64,000 nucleotides of DNA from Octopus vulgaris (lineage: Eukaryota). Location of the stretch: NCBI GenBank assembly GCA_951406725.2, contig OX597834.1:8866001-8930000 (forward strand). The letters run 5' to 3'. Below the pieces are notes generated by a model. It made no database searches. It was not told where the DNA came from and saw only the letters and a program-made list of their open reading frames with translations. Shown one piece after another: positions 13,035-24,589 of this stretch. The position numbers were made by a program, and so were the translations under genes. Position 1 is the stretch's first letter; the number at the start of each line of letters is the position of its first letter.

Positions 13035-13345
13035 AATATATACCGTTCATCTCATGCCATTCCAGAAACACATTCTTTAAAAACCGGTTCCAATCCCTGC
13101 TATAATCCATAACGAAATACTTTTAGGTCACTTGACCATTTAACATCCTACTACTATCATGCCACTCCCGCATTCTTCTCCTCCCCCTCTTCTTCCTTCT
13201 TTTTCCCTGCCAAGAATTCACAATGACCTTAAATAAGAGAGACAGGCAGAAGCAAGGAAAATGTCACTTGTATTTAAATATTATGTAAATATTCTTTTAA
13301 AAAACTCTTCTTTTAATTTTTACAAAATTGAATTGATTTCCATAG

Positions 13346-13387
13346 TTACAGTTGAAAAAGTCTCAATGACTGAAACCGGTACTGAAA
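13346..13387 (+). ncRNA. Degenerate minimal type I hammerhead-like motif
   Basis: CAG-TTGAAAA-AGTC-tcaat-GACT-GAAA-CCGG-TA-CTG; palindromic stem III ACCGGT; core has 2 mismatches to CUGANGA. Confidence 0.45.
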
Positions 13388-13498
13388 CATTTTTAAGGAT
13401 TTTGAGGATATTTTAGCAATTTCTACCTAGACTTTTTTTCCATATGTATCAACTTGTGTGTTCCTTTTCAACCTTATATATATATATATATATATATA

Positions 13499-13665
13499 AA
13501 ATTAGAGATAAAACCACTATTAGGCAACTCATTTTTAATTTTAACTTTAAATTTAAATAATTTAAACTTTGAATTTTATATTTTTCATTAATCAATTTTT
13601 TTTCTATGTATTGGTTTATGATTTTCACTGTTTGATTTGCCTAATAGTGGTTTTATCTCTAATTT
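13499..13665. repeat. 29-bp perfect inverted repeat with AT-rich spacer, between (TA)n tracts
   Basis: aaattagagataaaaccactattaggcaa (13499-13527) / ttgcctaatagtggttttatctctaattt (13637-13665). Confidence 0.9.
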
Positions 13666-14442
13666 AATATATATATTTATACTATAAAATTAGATTTAAT
13701 CCTAAATCTAATTTTTCCCTGTAAGTTTGGATTTACTCCCTAATATTATATATATATGTGTGTGTATGTGTGTGTGTAACTTGCTTACTGAAGTGTCGAA
13801 ATGATGGTAGCTAAATCAAACATACAAACTATAGGCTTAGAACTTTCTTATCGATGCGTGAAGAAAATACGTTAATATTGATGCATTGTCATGCTGATGA
13901 TGTCTCGATGACAGCTTGGCATAATGATAACGACCGCTGAGAATGATAGTGGCGATGATAATGACGACGGTGATGATGATGATGGTGGTGGTGGTGCTGA
14001 TGACAAAGACGACGACGGCGATGACGAAAATGACGATGCCGTCGACTATTGATATGAAAGATATGATATTAACAATTGGTTGCATGATAGCAATACGACA
14101 GATTTCTATGGCAAAGTACTTAAATTTTGACGTAGAGCAGGATTAGCAATAAAATTAAAATCGGTTCTAAGTGGGATATAAATCTATAAAATGGTGGGGC
14201 TGGGGCACTTTCGATGAGAGGATATCCGTTCTACAATAACTACTACTACTACTAGCATCCAAGGCGTTAACTCCGCTACCACTACAAACAGCATCAACAT
14301 ACTGCTATTGCTACTACTACAACTATCACTACGTCTCCACAAGCACCATCACCACTATTATTACTACCGACAATACTAAGGCTGATGCTTCTACTAATAC
14401 TAACACTGTTACTAATAATAAGGATAATGACAATAATAATAA

Positions 14443-14818
14443 TGATTTCAAATCTTTGGCACGTGGACAGCCTGTGGAGAAGGAATTAAGTCAATTAAAT
14501 CGACTACAGTGCGTATCTGGAACTTATTTAATCGACCCTGAAGGAAGAAAGGGAAAGTCGACCTCGGCGGAATTTGAGCTCAGAACATAACGGCAGCCGA
14601 AATACCTATTTCTTTTTCTACCGCCAAGGGGCTAAACACAGTGAGGACAAACAAGGGCAGACAAACGGATTAAGTCGCTTACATCGACCCCAGTGTGTAA
14701 CTGGTACTTAATTGAATCGACCCCGAAAGGATGAAAGGCAAAGTCGACCTCGGCGGAATTTGAACTCAGAACGCAGCGGCAGACGAAATACCGTTAAGTT
14801 TTTCGCCCGGCGTGCTTA
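14443..14818 (-). mobile_element. SINE family B dimer (head-body-body)
   Basis: Tail ...gaaata joins directly to ggtatttcggctgccg (internal position of a second copy) near 14606; second body ends in a different tail and (ATT)n. Confidence 0.85.
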
Positions 14819-14826
14819 ACGATACA

Positions 14827-14859
<33 letters not shown>

Positions 14860-14974
14860 TCTTATTACAAATCAGCAGTTTTGGAGGATGGTTTTATTCG
14901 ATTACATTTGCCCCGGTGTTTAACTGTCACCTATTTTTAACGACCTCGAAAATATACGCATGTATGTATGTATG

Positions 14975-15185
14975 CTCCTTTAGCTAACTCTCCGTAAAAG
15001 AGTTGTTTTGGCATCCTTGAATCCTTCATTCTGACCAGATGACCACTCCACCTGTGCTTTTGCTTTAGCACAAGAGCTTTTATACTTTCACACCGAGAGT
15101 CTTCCAATATTTCAAGATCACTGATGCGGTCCTTCCACTTAACGCCATAGATCCGTTGTTTAAGGTGGTATCGATATGTGTATAA
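14975..15185 (-). mobile_element. RTE-clade LINE fragment (inverted 5' piece)
   Basis: YGVKWKDRISDLEILE...RWSGHLVRMKDSRMPKQLFYGELAKG, typical RTE post-RT motif. Confidence 0.85.
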
Positions 15186-15194
15186 GTACTTGCT

Positions 15195-15740
15195 GACACA
15201 TGGGAAGGCATAGCTATTGATCGTAGCAGGTGGAGAAGGATTGTGCATGAGGGGACAGCCACTTTTGAGAAATCTCGAGTTGCACATGAGAAAGTAAGGA
15301 GGGATGTCAGGAAGGGCATCGCTGTTACACTTTCAGAAGGGAAGGGTCTTCCTTTGATGCTGACATGCAATGTCTGTGCAAGACCCTGCCTCAGTAAAGC
15401 TGCACTCAAGGATTCATCTTCGTAGTCATAAAGCGAGGCAGATGAGTGACAACCTGGCCACTGGTGGTGGTATAACACACCATACTAATCATATCTGTCG
15501 GGCATGTGGAAGAGATTGTAATTCGGCAGGAGGACTTAAACGACATGCAAAGGTACATGAAGCCCAGTTACAACTACAGCCGGCTATTACCAGCAAATGT
15601 TTTAGTTGTCAATTTTGAACAAGACATTGTAGATCTGTAGTTGGGCTAAAAAGTCACATTCGATCACAGCACCAGTAACAGTTAAACTTCGTGCAATGGC
15701 CATACTCGATAACGAGGGGGCAACTACCATGTATGTATGC
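15195..15740 (+). mobile_element. RTE-clade LINE 3' end with three C2H2 zinc-finger motifs
   Basis: TWEGIAIDRSRWRRIVHEG..., CNVC..HLRSH (frameshifted), CRAC..HAKVH, CQF*..HIRSQH, stop at 15676-15678, short 3' UTR, (ATGT)n tail. Confidence 0.8.
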
Positions 15741-16508
15741 ATGTATTGTTTGAAATATAAAGAGAAGTGAATGTTAAGTACAAGTTAGATCGAATAAGAT
15801 TTTAAAGCAATGATTTCCTGTTTCTCTCAGTACCTCTTGGTCGTGTAACTTCACACACTTTTGGACTATCGGGGTTATGTGTGGGTTATTTAAAGGCTCT
15901 AATCATGTGTATGGAAATTCTAAGTTTTGTACCAACAACCGTAACTAAATAATTATTGGCACTGCATACATAAGTCGCAGAGTACTTTCAATAAAATAGA
16001 GAAAAGAAAACACTTAACGCATCGAAAACACGCAATACAAATGAGACTACTCAAATAACAATATTAGTATTAACAACAATAACGGTATTAATAGTACTGA
16101 TAATGATCATAAAAATATCGAGAGTGTGCCAAAGTAGATGAAAGATTAACTCCTTTAGGTGAGTGAATATAGAAATTTGGCAGAAAAATAATATTAAATG
16201 AGTCACAGTTGAATAGAAGAAAAAATAATGCCCTGGGAGTTTAGCAGAAATAACGAGTTTTAAGATGAAAAGAGGAATATAACATCATCATAAAACAATT
16301 TATTGAAAATGGCTATTGTAAGTACGTGTGGGATTTCTCCAAAGAAAATGAGACAGTAATAAACTGATATAATCGTAATTAAAAGTAGGACAGTTAGATT
16401 AGATAATTTGTGATTGTTGATTAGTCCACATATGTTAATGTTAGGAAAAGGAACAGAAGTGAACTGATATAGCAAACTTTGGTTCCTCAATTAGCATTGT
16501 CGTTTATC

Positions 16509-16725
16509 TTTTCCCTTTTTACTTCTATCAGTTATTACACTGCGGCCATGATGCAGCTCCAGCTTGTAATGATTTTGTTTTTGTTTTTTTCGCGAACATG
16601 GCACTTATTTTTTCGGTTATTTTGTCGAACCACTAGGTTATGAGGACCTAAGTAAACCAACAACGGTTGTAAAGACGCGTGGGGTTGGGGGCACATGCTA
16701 CGCACACACATATGTATACACACAT

Positions 16726-16760
<35 letters not shown>

Positions 16761-17278
16761 CACACACACACACAGTCATATATATGTATATATATATATA
16801 TTCTGTTATATATATATATATATATATACTGTTATATATATATATATATATTGATATTTTGTTGTGTCTGGGGAGAGCGCCTTATTATTTAACACACTCA
16901 CCGGTAAAATTTCCACTTATTTCTTATTTTTATTTTCTAAAATATTTGTTGCTTCTTGCAACCTTTTCAATTGTCACACGAACTCATATAGAAAATCTTG
17001 TAAACCAAATCTAAAAACGAAATATATATACATACATTTATGCATTTGTATATATATGTTTGTATGTGTATGTGTATATCTATGTATTCATATACACACA
17101 GACACACATACAAATATACGACGGAATTCTTTCAGTTTCCGTTTAGTAAATTCACTCAGAAGACTTCTCAGACCGAGTGTATAATTGAAGATACTATTCC
17201 AAGGCGCCACACAGTGGGATTGAACCCAGGGGCATGTGATTGGGTAGCAACTTACCTAGCAACTGGTTATGATGCCTC
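16509..17278 (-). mobile_element. Old SINE family A copy with expanded/invaded internal microsatellite
   Basis: 3' half at ~16509-16700 and 5' half at ~17118-17278, separated by TA/CA tracts and an unrelated ~160-bp piece. Confidence 0.65.
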
Positions 17279-17692
17279 TCTTCCATTAACTACATTCACT
17301 GATATCAGATCTAACCTTTACTCTAAAAATTTTCTACAGTTTCTCCTGTATTCAGAGATTTATACGTTAGCCTTTCTGATTTCTTAGAATACCAGTCTGT
17401 GCAACCACTCTAATATTACGCTCACTTTAGTACTTGTTGGCCAACGGGCGTAGGCATTAATAATGTCGTCTTACATCAACTTAAATCTCTCTTTTAACTG
17501 ATCTGCACTATATCTGCCCTTCTCTCTCCTGTCGCCCGCTAGATGGCTTGAGGGAATTTTGTGAGAGGAATGTGATTGTATTCGACATCAGGAAATCTTT
17601 CTACCGAGTCAGGAACGCGATACTTGTACAGATATATCCGATCATTCTCTTATTTCTTTTACCGTTAGCTTTGCATTAGATCGCAATATTTG

Positions 17693-17723
<31 letters not shown>

Positions 17724-18082
17724 TTTTTTTTTTGGTGGGAGGGATATAGAAAGAACGATGGAGAGCAGAAAGCTTAACACGCTGGAGAAAATAATTAGAT
17801 GTAATTCTTCGAAAAATTCGTTATGATGTCTATGCCCTGCCAAGACCGATTTTACCTTTCATTCAAGTTATGATCTCCACCAACGCCTACTTTACATTTC
17901 ATTCATCGATTTTATTGACTAGGTTCATCTCCCAAGGTTTCGCGGCCTTGTTGGTATAGAAGAAAGGATTTCTACTATAGCAAAAATTCTAATATAACAA
18001 ACAATAGAAAGGTAACCAATTGTTCAGTATAAAGTATGGTTGGACTGAGACATCAGATGCTTTCATAAAATAGCGAATGACC

Positions 18083-18474
18083 ATAGATTGACTGTCTCTT
18101 TCATTATAGTTCTACCAAAATGATTTTTTTTATGAAAACTAGAATAATGAATCCATGAACGTATAAATTTAGTAATAGATCGACATCATTTACCTTATTC
18201 AGTATCGAACATTCAGTACAGCTTAAATCCTTTAGTTGCTACAATAGACTGACTGTCTTTTTCATTATAGTTCTATCAATATTATTTTTCTTATGATAAA
18301 TGGCGGTGCCCCAGCATGGCCACAGCTCATAAGCTGAAACTGGAATCAATCAATCAATCAATCAATCAACTAGAATAATGAATCCACGAAAATATAAATT
18401 TAGTAATAGATCGACATCATTTATCTTATTCAGTATCGAACATTCAGTACAGTTTAAATCCTTTAGTTGCTACA
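18083..18474. repeat. 161-bp tandem duplication; second copy carries a ~70-bp insertion
   Basis: Copy 1 18083-18243, copy 2 18244-18474, high identity outside the insert. Confidence 0.92.
18297..18367 (+). mobile_element. Extreme 5'-truncated CR1-like LINE tail with (AATC)n
   Basis: aaatggcggtgccccagcatggccacagctcataagctgaaactgg(aatc)n matches LINE ends at ~12715, ~20395 and ~40440. Confidence 0.85.
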
Positions 18475-19235
18475 ATAGAATATCTAACACCGTATTTGAA
18501 ACACTATACGAATGTACGAGTTTGACCTTGCAGAAAATTGATGAAATTGAAATTAACAAATTTTATCTCCTTCATTTTATCTGAAATTTATTTTTTCAAT
18601 GTGACAAAGTTATTTATGTTTTAGCTGCATTATCGTAGCCAAAAATTTTTTTTTCAAGGAAATTAATTTCTATTGTATTCGTGTTTTGTTTTTAATAATC
18701 CTAGAAACATTCAGTTGATGTAATCTAACATTTTGTAAATATTTCTAATACATTCAAATGCAATTTGAATTTGTTTTAATATCTTATTCATGTAAAATTC
18801 TTTTCTTTTTTTACTTCCATATTCCTTTCTTTCATTGTTTTAATATTTGTTTCCTTCATGGCATTCTCCTTATTTGCGCAAATTCCATGGGAATCTTGTT
18901 TAGCTATAAATAAATGCATAAAAGCACTGAACAAAAACATCAATTATTCAAATTTTATTTACTTATAATCTAGATTTTTGCGTGAATCAGAACAACTGTA
19001 CGATGTACTTTTATGAACGGTACAAAATATTAATATACCTATATAACATAAATGAATAATAAGATTTTGTGTATTTGCGTTCAGATGTAATCTCATTCAG
19101 TGTTAGTAGAATTAAGACAAATACCTACGTAAAAAGTTATTTCTAACGATGCATCTTCCATTTAGCATTTATTCTCACAAAAGTGATAAAGACAGTTTAT
19201 AATCTGCTCCTTTCGAATAAAAGATATTATATATA

Positions 19236-19400
19236 AGGCGCAGGAGTAGCTGTGCAATATGAAACTAGCTTCCCAACCACATTGGTTCCGCGTTTAGTCC
19301 CACTGCGAGGTAACTTGTGCAAGTGTCTTCTACTATATCCTCGGGCTGACCAAAGCCTTGAGTGGATTTGGTAGACGGAAACTGAAAGAATCTCATCGTA
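19236..19400 (+). mobile_element. SINE family A, 5' half only
   Basis: Head and CORE-like region end at the internal (TA)n, followed by a CR1-like fragment. Confidence 0.85.
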
Positions 19401-19404
19401 TATT

Positions 19405-19460
<56 letters not shown>

Positions 19461-19499
19461 CATCAAAATAGGGGAAACTGATATGTTATCAACGATTTG

Positions 19500-20440
19500 T
19501 GAAATGAGCTCAAATTTAGGCCCTGACACGTTTTCCAGTAACCCTCCTAAAGGAATGCAAAAGGGCTCTAGCAAGACCACTTCAGATTCTCTGCCAGAGC
19601 TTCTTCATAACTGGAAGAATTCCCAATATGTTAAAGGAACGCATAATATGCCCTATCCATAAGGGAGGAGGTAGTAGAGTAGAGGCTAAAAATTATAGAC
19701 GTCTCTCTGGAACTTCCCATGTCAGCATAATCATGGAGCGCATCTTCAGGAGGAAAGTGATTGCGTTCCTTGAAGATAATGAATTGCTTCCTGACACCCA
19801 GCATGGCTTTCGCTCAGAAAGAAGTAGGCTTTTCACAGCTTTTGCAGAACTATGACTGGGCGTTGAAACAATTAATGTATATCTTAAATGTGGATATAAT
19901 TAATAAGATTGATCATAGGATTATATGTAACAAACTACGGAGACCCGGCATAGCTGGGAAAATCGGATAGTGGTTACATGACTTCTTAAAAGACAGAAAC
20001 CAAGCTGTAAAAGCCAAATGAGCGAAGAGGGGAGAGGTGTGCAGTGATATATGTGGAAGATACTGGAGGGTTTAGCACCAAACATTGGAATTGAGAGTTA
20101 TACCAGACCCCTGAATGGAGGTCACTGTTCAAATAGTCGCAGCTGTCCCGTTTAAGGTGTACTGCAATAACCTTGGATTTAAGGGCCCACAGTTATTTAA
20201 CGCTTTACAAAAATATTCTGAGGGATCTCCACACAGTGGGTAGTTGGTTTCATGAAACAACTTGTCCTCTTGCTATCCAAGATCCCAGATGAACCAATAT
20301 CAAGGAAGGAAACACAAAAGAGGGCGGCAAGATCGAACTCTCCTCTTCACCAATAGACAATCACAAAGAATTGGCAAATTAAAAGGCGATTACATGGGCG
20401 GTGCCCCAGCATGGTCACAACTTTAGAGCTAAAACTTATA
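19500..20440 (+). mobile_element. CR1-like LINE relic, internally deleted
   Basis: GPD..LLKECKRALARPL..PIHKGG..KNYR..QHGFRSERS..WLHDFLKDRNQ, then jumps to C-terminus (GPQLFN..IPDEP..RAARSNS) and tail ggcggtgccccagcatgg; frameshifts and stops. Confidence 0.85.
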
Positions 20441-20504
20441 AAATAATATATATATATATATATATATATTTATAATAAGATTAGCTCGTATATAAGATTA
20501 ACTC

Positions 20505-20900
20505 ATATATATATATACACACATACATACAAATATATATACATAGATACATACAAACATATATATATAGATACATACAAACATATATACATACATACAT
20601 ACATACAAACATACATACATACATACATACATACATACAAACATATACATACATACAAACATATATACATACAAACATATATACATGCATACAAACATAC
20701 ATACATACATACATACACATATATACATACATACATACAAACATATATACATACAAACATACAAACATATACATACATACATACAAACATATATACATAC
20801 ATACATACGAACATATATATGCATACATACAAATATATATATATATGTATATATATACTTAAGTACACACACATACATAAATATATGTGTATATAGATAG
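20505..20900. repeat. (CATA)/(CAAACATA) compound microsatellite
   Basis: Direct reading. Confidence 0.93.
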
Positions 20901-21764
20901 ATATCTATAAAGTGTGTTCGTATGTATAAATATATGTAATTACACATGCATGTGTGTGCGTATAGAGGTCGCGCAGCAAGTTTCAGTTCAGCGCAAGAGA
21001 TGCACTTCATTTCCTCCTCATCATCATTCTACATCCGAATCCTTAACTGGTGTCTGTCTGGAACAGTCACTTCCTAGATTTTGCTATTAGTACTGGTTAA
21101 CATAATTACCTGTTTCAGATTGTCTGTATATTTCTTCTTTGGCCTGTGTTTTAGGCACCTTACCTTGATTCAGTTTAGATTACACTGACTCTCTGCTGAA
21201 TCGACTCTCCCCTACATGAACTATTTGACCAGAGAGACTAGGCCTTTCTTTCATTATTGAATAGTTCGTATTAATCAAACACCAATATAGAAATTTTGTC
21301 GTTCTCAGCTTCAAGTACATCCTATTTCTCTCTCGTGACCTTCGAGATACACTGAGTGTATCAACAAATGTGTTGTGGCTGAAAGTCTGTTGAAAAACTG
21401 TTTTGAATGCACGGAGGGAGTGGGTTGGGGGATTTGCTATTGAGGTTTCTTTTGAAGGGATTGGCATTCGATTTCAATGTACTGTTGATTTATTTTTCAT
21501 GGCTGGTTACACTTGTGATTGTCCTTGGCTGACCTTCAAGAATTCTCCAGTCATTCGGTTTATTGGCTTACATTTACACATACATCCTTTTTATTATATA
21601 TCTACATTTATACACACATACGTATACATACATGACATACGTGATCACACACCTACATGCATACATACGTCAATCCATACACACACTCATATATGTATAA
21701 ACAGAAAGAGAGAGCACGTTTAAAATAGTGCAATATTGGTTTACCAAATATTATTCTATTAATT

Positions 21765-21973
21765 TCTTGTTTCAGTCAGTTGACTGCAGCCATGCTGGAG
21801 CGTCGCCTTTTAGTCTAACAAATCGACCGCAGGCTTTATTCTCTGGAAGCCTATACTTTCTCTATCGGTCCCTTTTATCGAACCGCTAAGGTTACGGTAA
21901 CGGAATGACACCATCATCGGTTCTCATGCGATGCTTGGGTTACGAACACAGACACACACACACACATACATAT

Positions 21974-22037
<64 letters not shown>

Positions 22038-22089
22038 GTATATATATATATGTATATATATGTATATATATATGTATATATATGTGTAT

Positions 22090-22123
<34 letters not shown>

Positions 22124-22207
22124 ATGTATATATATATGTATATATATATATTGTCCCAGTGGCACTCATATATATATTAACAAGCTACGTACCACACAGC
22201 CACTCCT
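21765..22207 (-). mobile_element. SINE family A, diverged, middle deleted, long internal (TA)n
   Basis: 3' half 21765-21950; head remnant caagctac..accacacagccactcct at ~22180-22207. Confidence 0.7.
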
Positions 22208-22382
22208 AGTTATATATATATATATATATATATACACATACATACGCGCGCACACACATACATATAGACTTGAAAAAGCCTCGTCTATCGTGTTAAGAAA
22301 ACCTAATAAAAAAGCATAGAGAGAAAATTCCAAGATATTGCCACCGTTCGGAATATACATCGCCCTTGTGCTGCATACAATA

Positions 22383-22938
22383 ATAATCATTTCTACTTCA
22401 AGCACAAGTCCTGGAAATTGGATGAAGGGATTAAGTCGATTATATCGACCCCAGTGCGTAACTGGTATTTAAATTATCCGCCTCGAAATGATGAGTGGCA
22501 AAGTCGACATTTGAAAGGCGACATTTGGACTCAGAACAAGAAGATAAACAAATACCTATTTCTTTACTACCCACAAGGGGCTAAATACAGAGAAGACAAA
22601 CGGATTAAGTCGATTATATCGACCCCAGTGCGTAACTGGTACTTATTTAATCGACCTCGAAAAGATGAAATGAAAATCGACCTCGGTGGAATTTGAACTC
22701 ACAACGTAGCGGCAGACGAAATAGCTATTTCTTTACTACCCACAGGGGGCTAAACACAGAGAGGGCATACAAGGACAGACAAGAGGATTAAGTCGATTAT
22801 ATCGACACCAGTGCGTAACTGGTACTTAATTTATCGACCCCGAAAGGATGAAAGGCAAAGTCGACCTCGTCGGAATTTGAACTCAGAATGTAGCGGCAGG
22901 CGAAATACGGCTACGCATTTCACCCGACGTCCTAACGA
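22383..22938 (-). mobile_element. SINE family B trimer (head-body-body-body)
   Basis: Junctions gaaata|gctatttcg near 22725 and gaaata|ggtattt near 22556; last unit has the alternative tail ending in (ATT)n. Confidence 0.85.
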
Positions 22939-23942
22939 CTCAGCCAACTCATCGCGTATCTGCATTGATTAATAATAATAATAATAATAATAATGCAGTG
23001 AGCTCTCTTCCTCACCCCTTTCCCGCCCCGAGAGTATTTGAGTTTATGGAGAAAATATTTATGTATTGCCTGAGGTAACATATCTAGAACTCATAATGCA
23101 AGAAAACGATTACATAATTAAATACTTGCAGGCCTGGAGAACTATTCTTTTATCTATTCACATTTTACAGAAGCCCCCAAAACAAATCGTATAATATTAT
23201 ACGTGTAATACGTATAATATTACTACTGGATAGTACCGGGTGAAAACCGAAGGTAGACGAGTTTTTTTAATCTACTACGTTCTGAATAGAATATAACATA
23301 ATTATATATGTATATAGATATATTCCTATACTTTTATAAGCGGATCCTTTGGCTGCCAAGGTTTCAAAAATTCAAGTTTATCGAATATTATAAAGTTTAC
23401 TACATTAATTTAGTTTTTCGAGTAGAATTTTCGAGCGGTTTGCTATCGATTCTACTAGGTCTCCGCCTAATGTGCCCAAATATTGGTGTGTATGTAGGTT
23501 TTCATTTTAGAAAAAGCGATTATACGTAGAATCAACGAGTGATGTATATAATATGTTAGTTACAGTTCATACATGGCTCTCTTCCAAGCGTCTCTTGAGA
23601 TTTCTTTAATTCGTTATATAGTTAATATTCAACAGAAATATAAATGTTTCCTACATACATATTTTGTCCAAGAATATGAGAGATCAGAGGAAATTATGAC
23701 GTCATGACGCTTTAGCCAAGAATAATACTTTACAAGCAAGAGAATTAAAATTGAATAAATTACTCTGTTTTGTATGATTTTACAAATTAAGACTGACAGA
23801 ATTCTTTGTAAACATTCCTTTCAAGTGTTATTAACACATCATAATAAAAAGTCACTAGCACCCCAGAACATACTGAATTTCCCTATGACAAAGAAGCTAT
23901 TTGTTTAACGATACTGTACTTTTGTTGCAAAGGATATACTAC

Positions 23943-24320
23943 AGGCGCAGGAGTGGCTCTGTGGTAAAAGCTTGTTTACCAACCACATGGTTCCGGGTGC
24001 AGTCCCACTGCGTGGCACCTTGGTCAAGTGTCTTCTACTATAACCTCGGGCCGACCAAAGTCTTGTGAGTGGATTGGGTAGACGGAAACTGAAAGAAGCC
24101 CGTCGTATATATGTATATATATGTGTGTGTTTGTTTGTGTGTTTGTGTTCCCCCCGCCAACATCGCTTGTCAACCGATGGTGGTGTGTTTATGTCCCCGT
24201 AACTTAGCGGTTCGGCTAAAGAGACCGATAGAATAAGAATGGGGGTAGAAATCCTCGACTTAAGGCAGTCAAATGACTGGCCTCAGTCAAATGACTGAAA
24301 CAAGTTAAAGAGTAAGAGTA
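23943..24320 (+). mobile_element. SINE family A
   Basis: aggcgcaggagtggct head to gactgaaacaag tail; 3' part rearranged. Confidence 0.9.
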
Positions 24321-24589
24321 CTGTGTTTTTTTTGGGGGGTGGGGTTACGAATGACTCCTTCTTGATGTCGTATATATACTTATTCAAAGGTTTCCTAGTC
24401 GAAATATTTGGCAGTCTTTTGTCGCCAATGTTTGCTAAAGGAACCTGAAAAACTAGGTGTGGGTACATCTTAAAACGCACGACCATCTTTGAAAGAAAGG
24501 AAAACTGTTCACTGATCTCTTATATATACAAAGGCTTAAATGATCTTGATCTTGTAAGTGTTGAATCAAAACTCACAGGTACGGAAATA

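Larger units (their letters stand above)
12783..13475 (+). mobile_element. Penelope-like element relic (RT thumb region plus 3' pLTR-like part), interrupted by a SINE
   Basis: Frame from 12791 reads IQFTMDYSHQQLQFLDILINKSNNEIEADIYYKPMDSKQYIP and resumes FISCHSRN after the insertion; typical PLE RT motif; hammerhead-like motif downstream. Confidence 0.75.
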
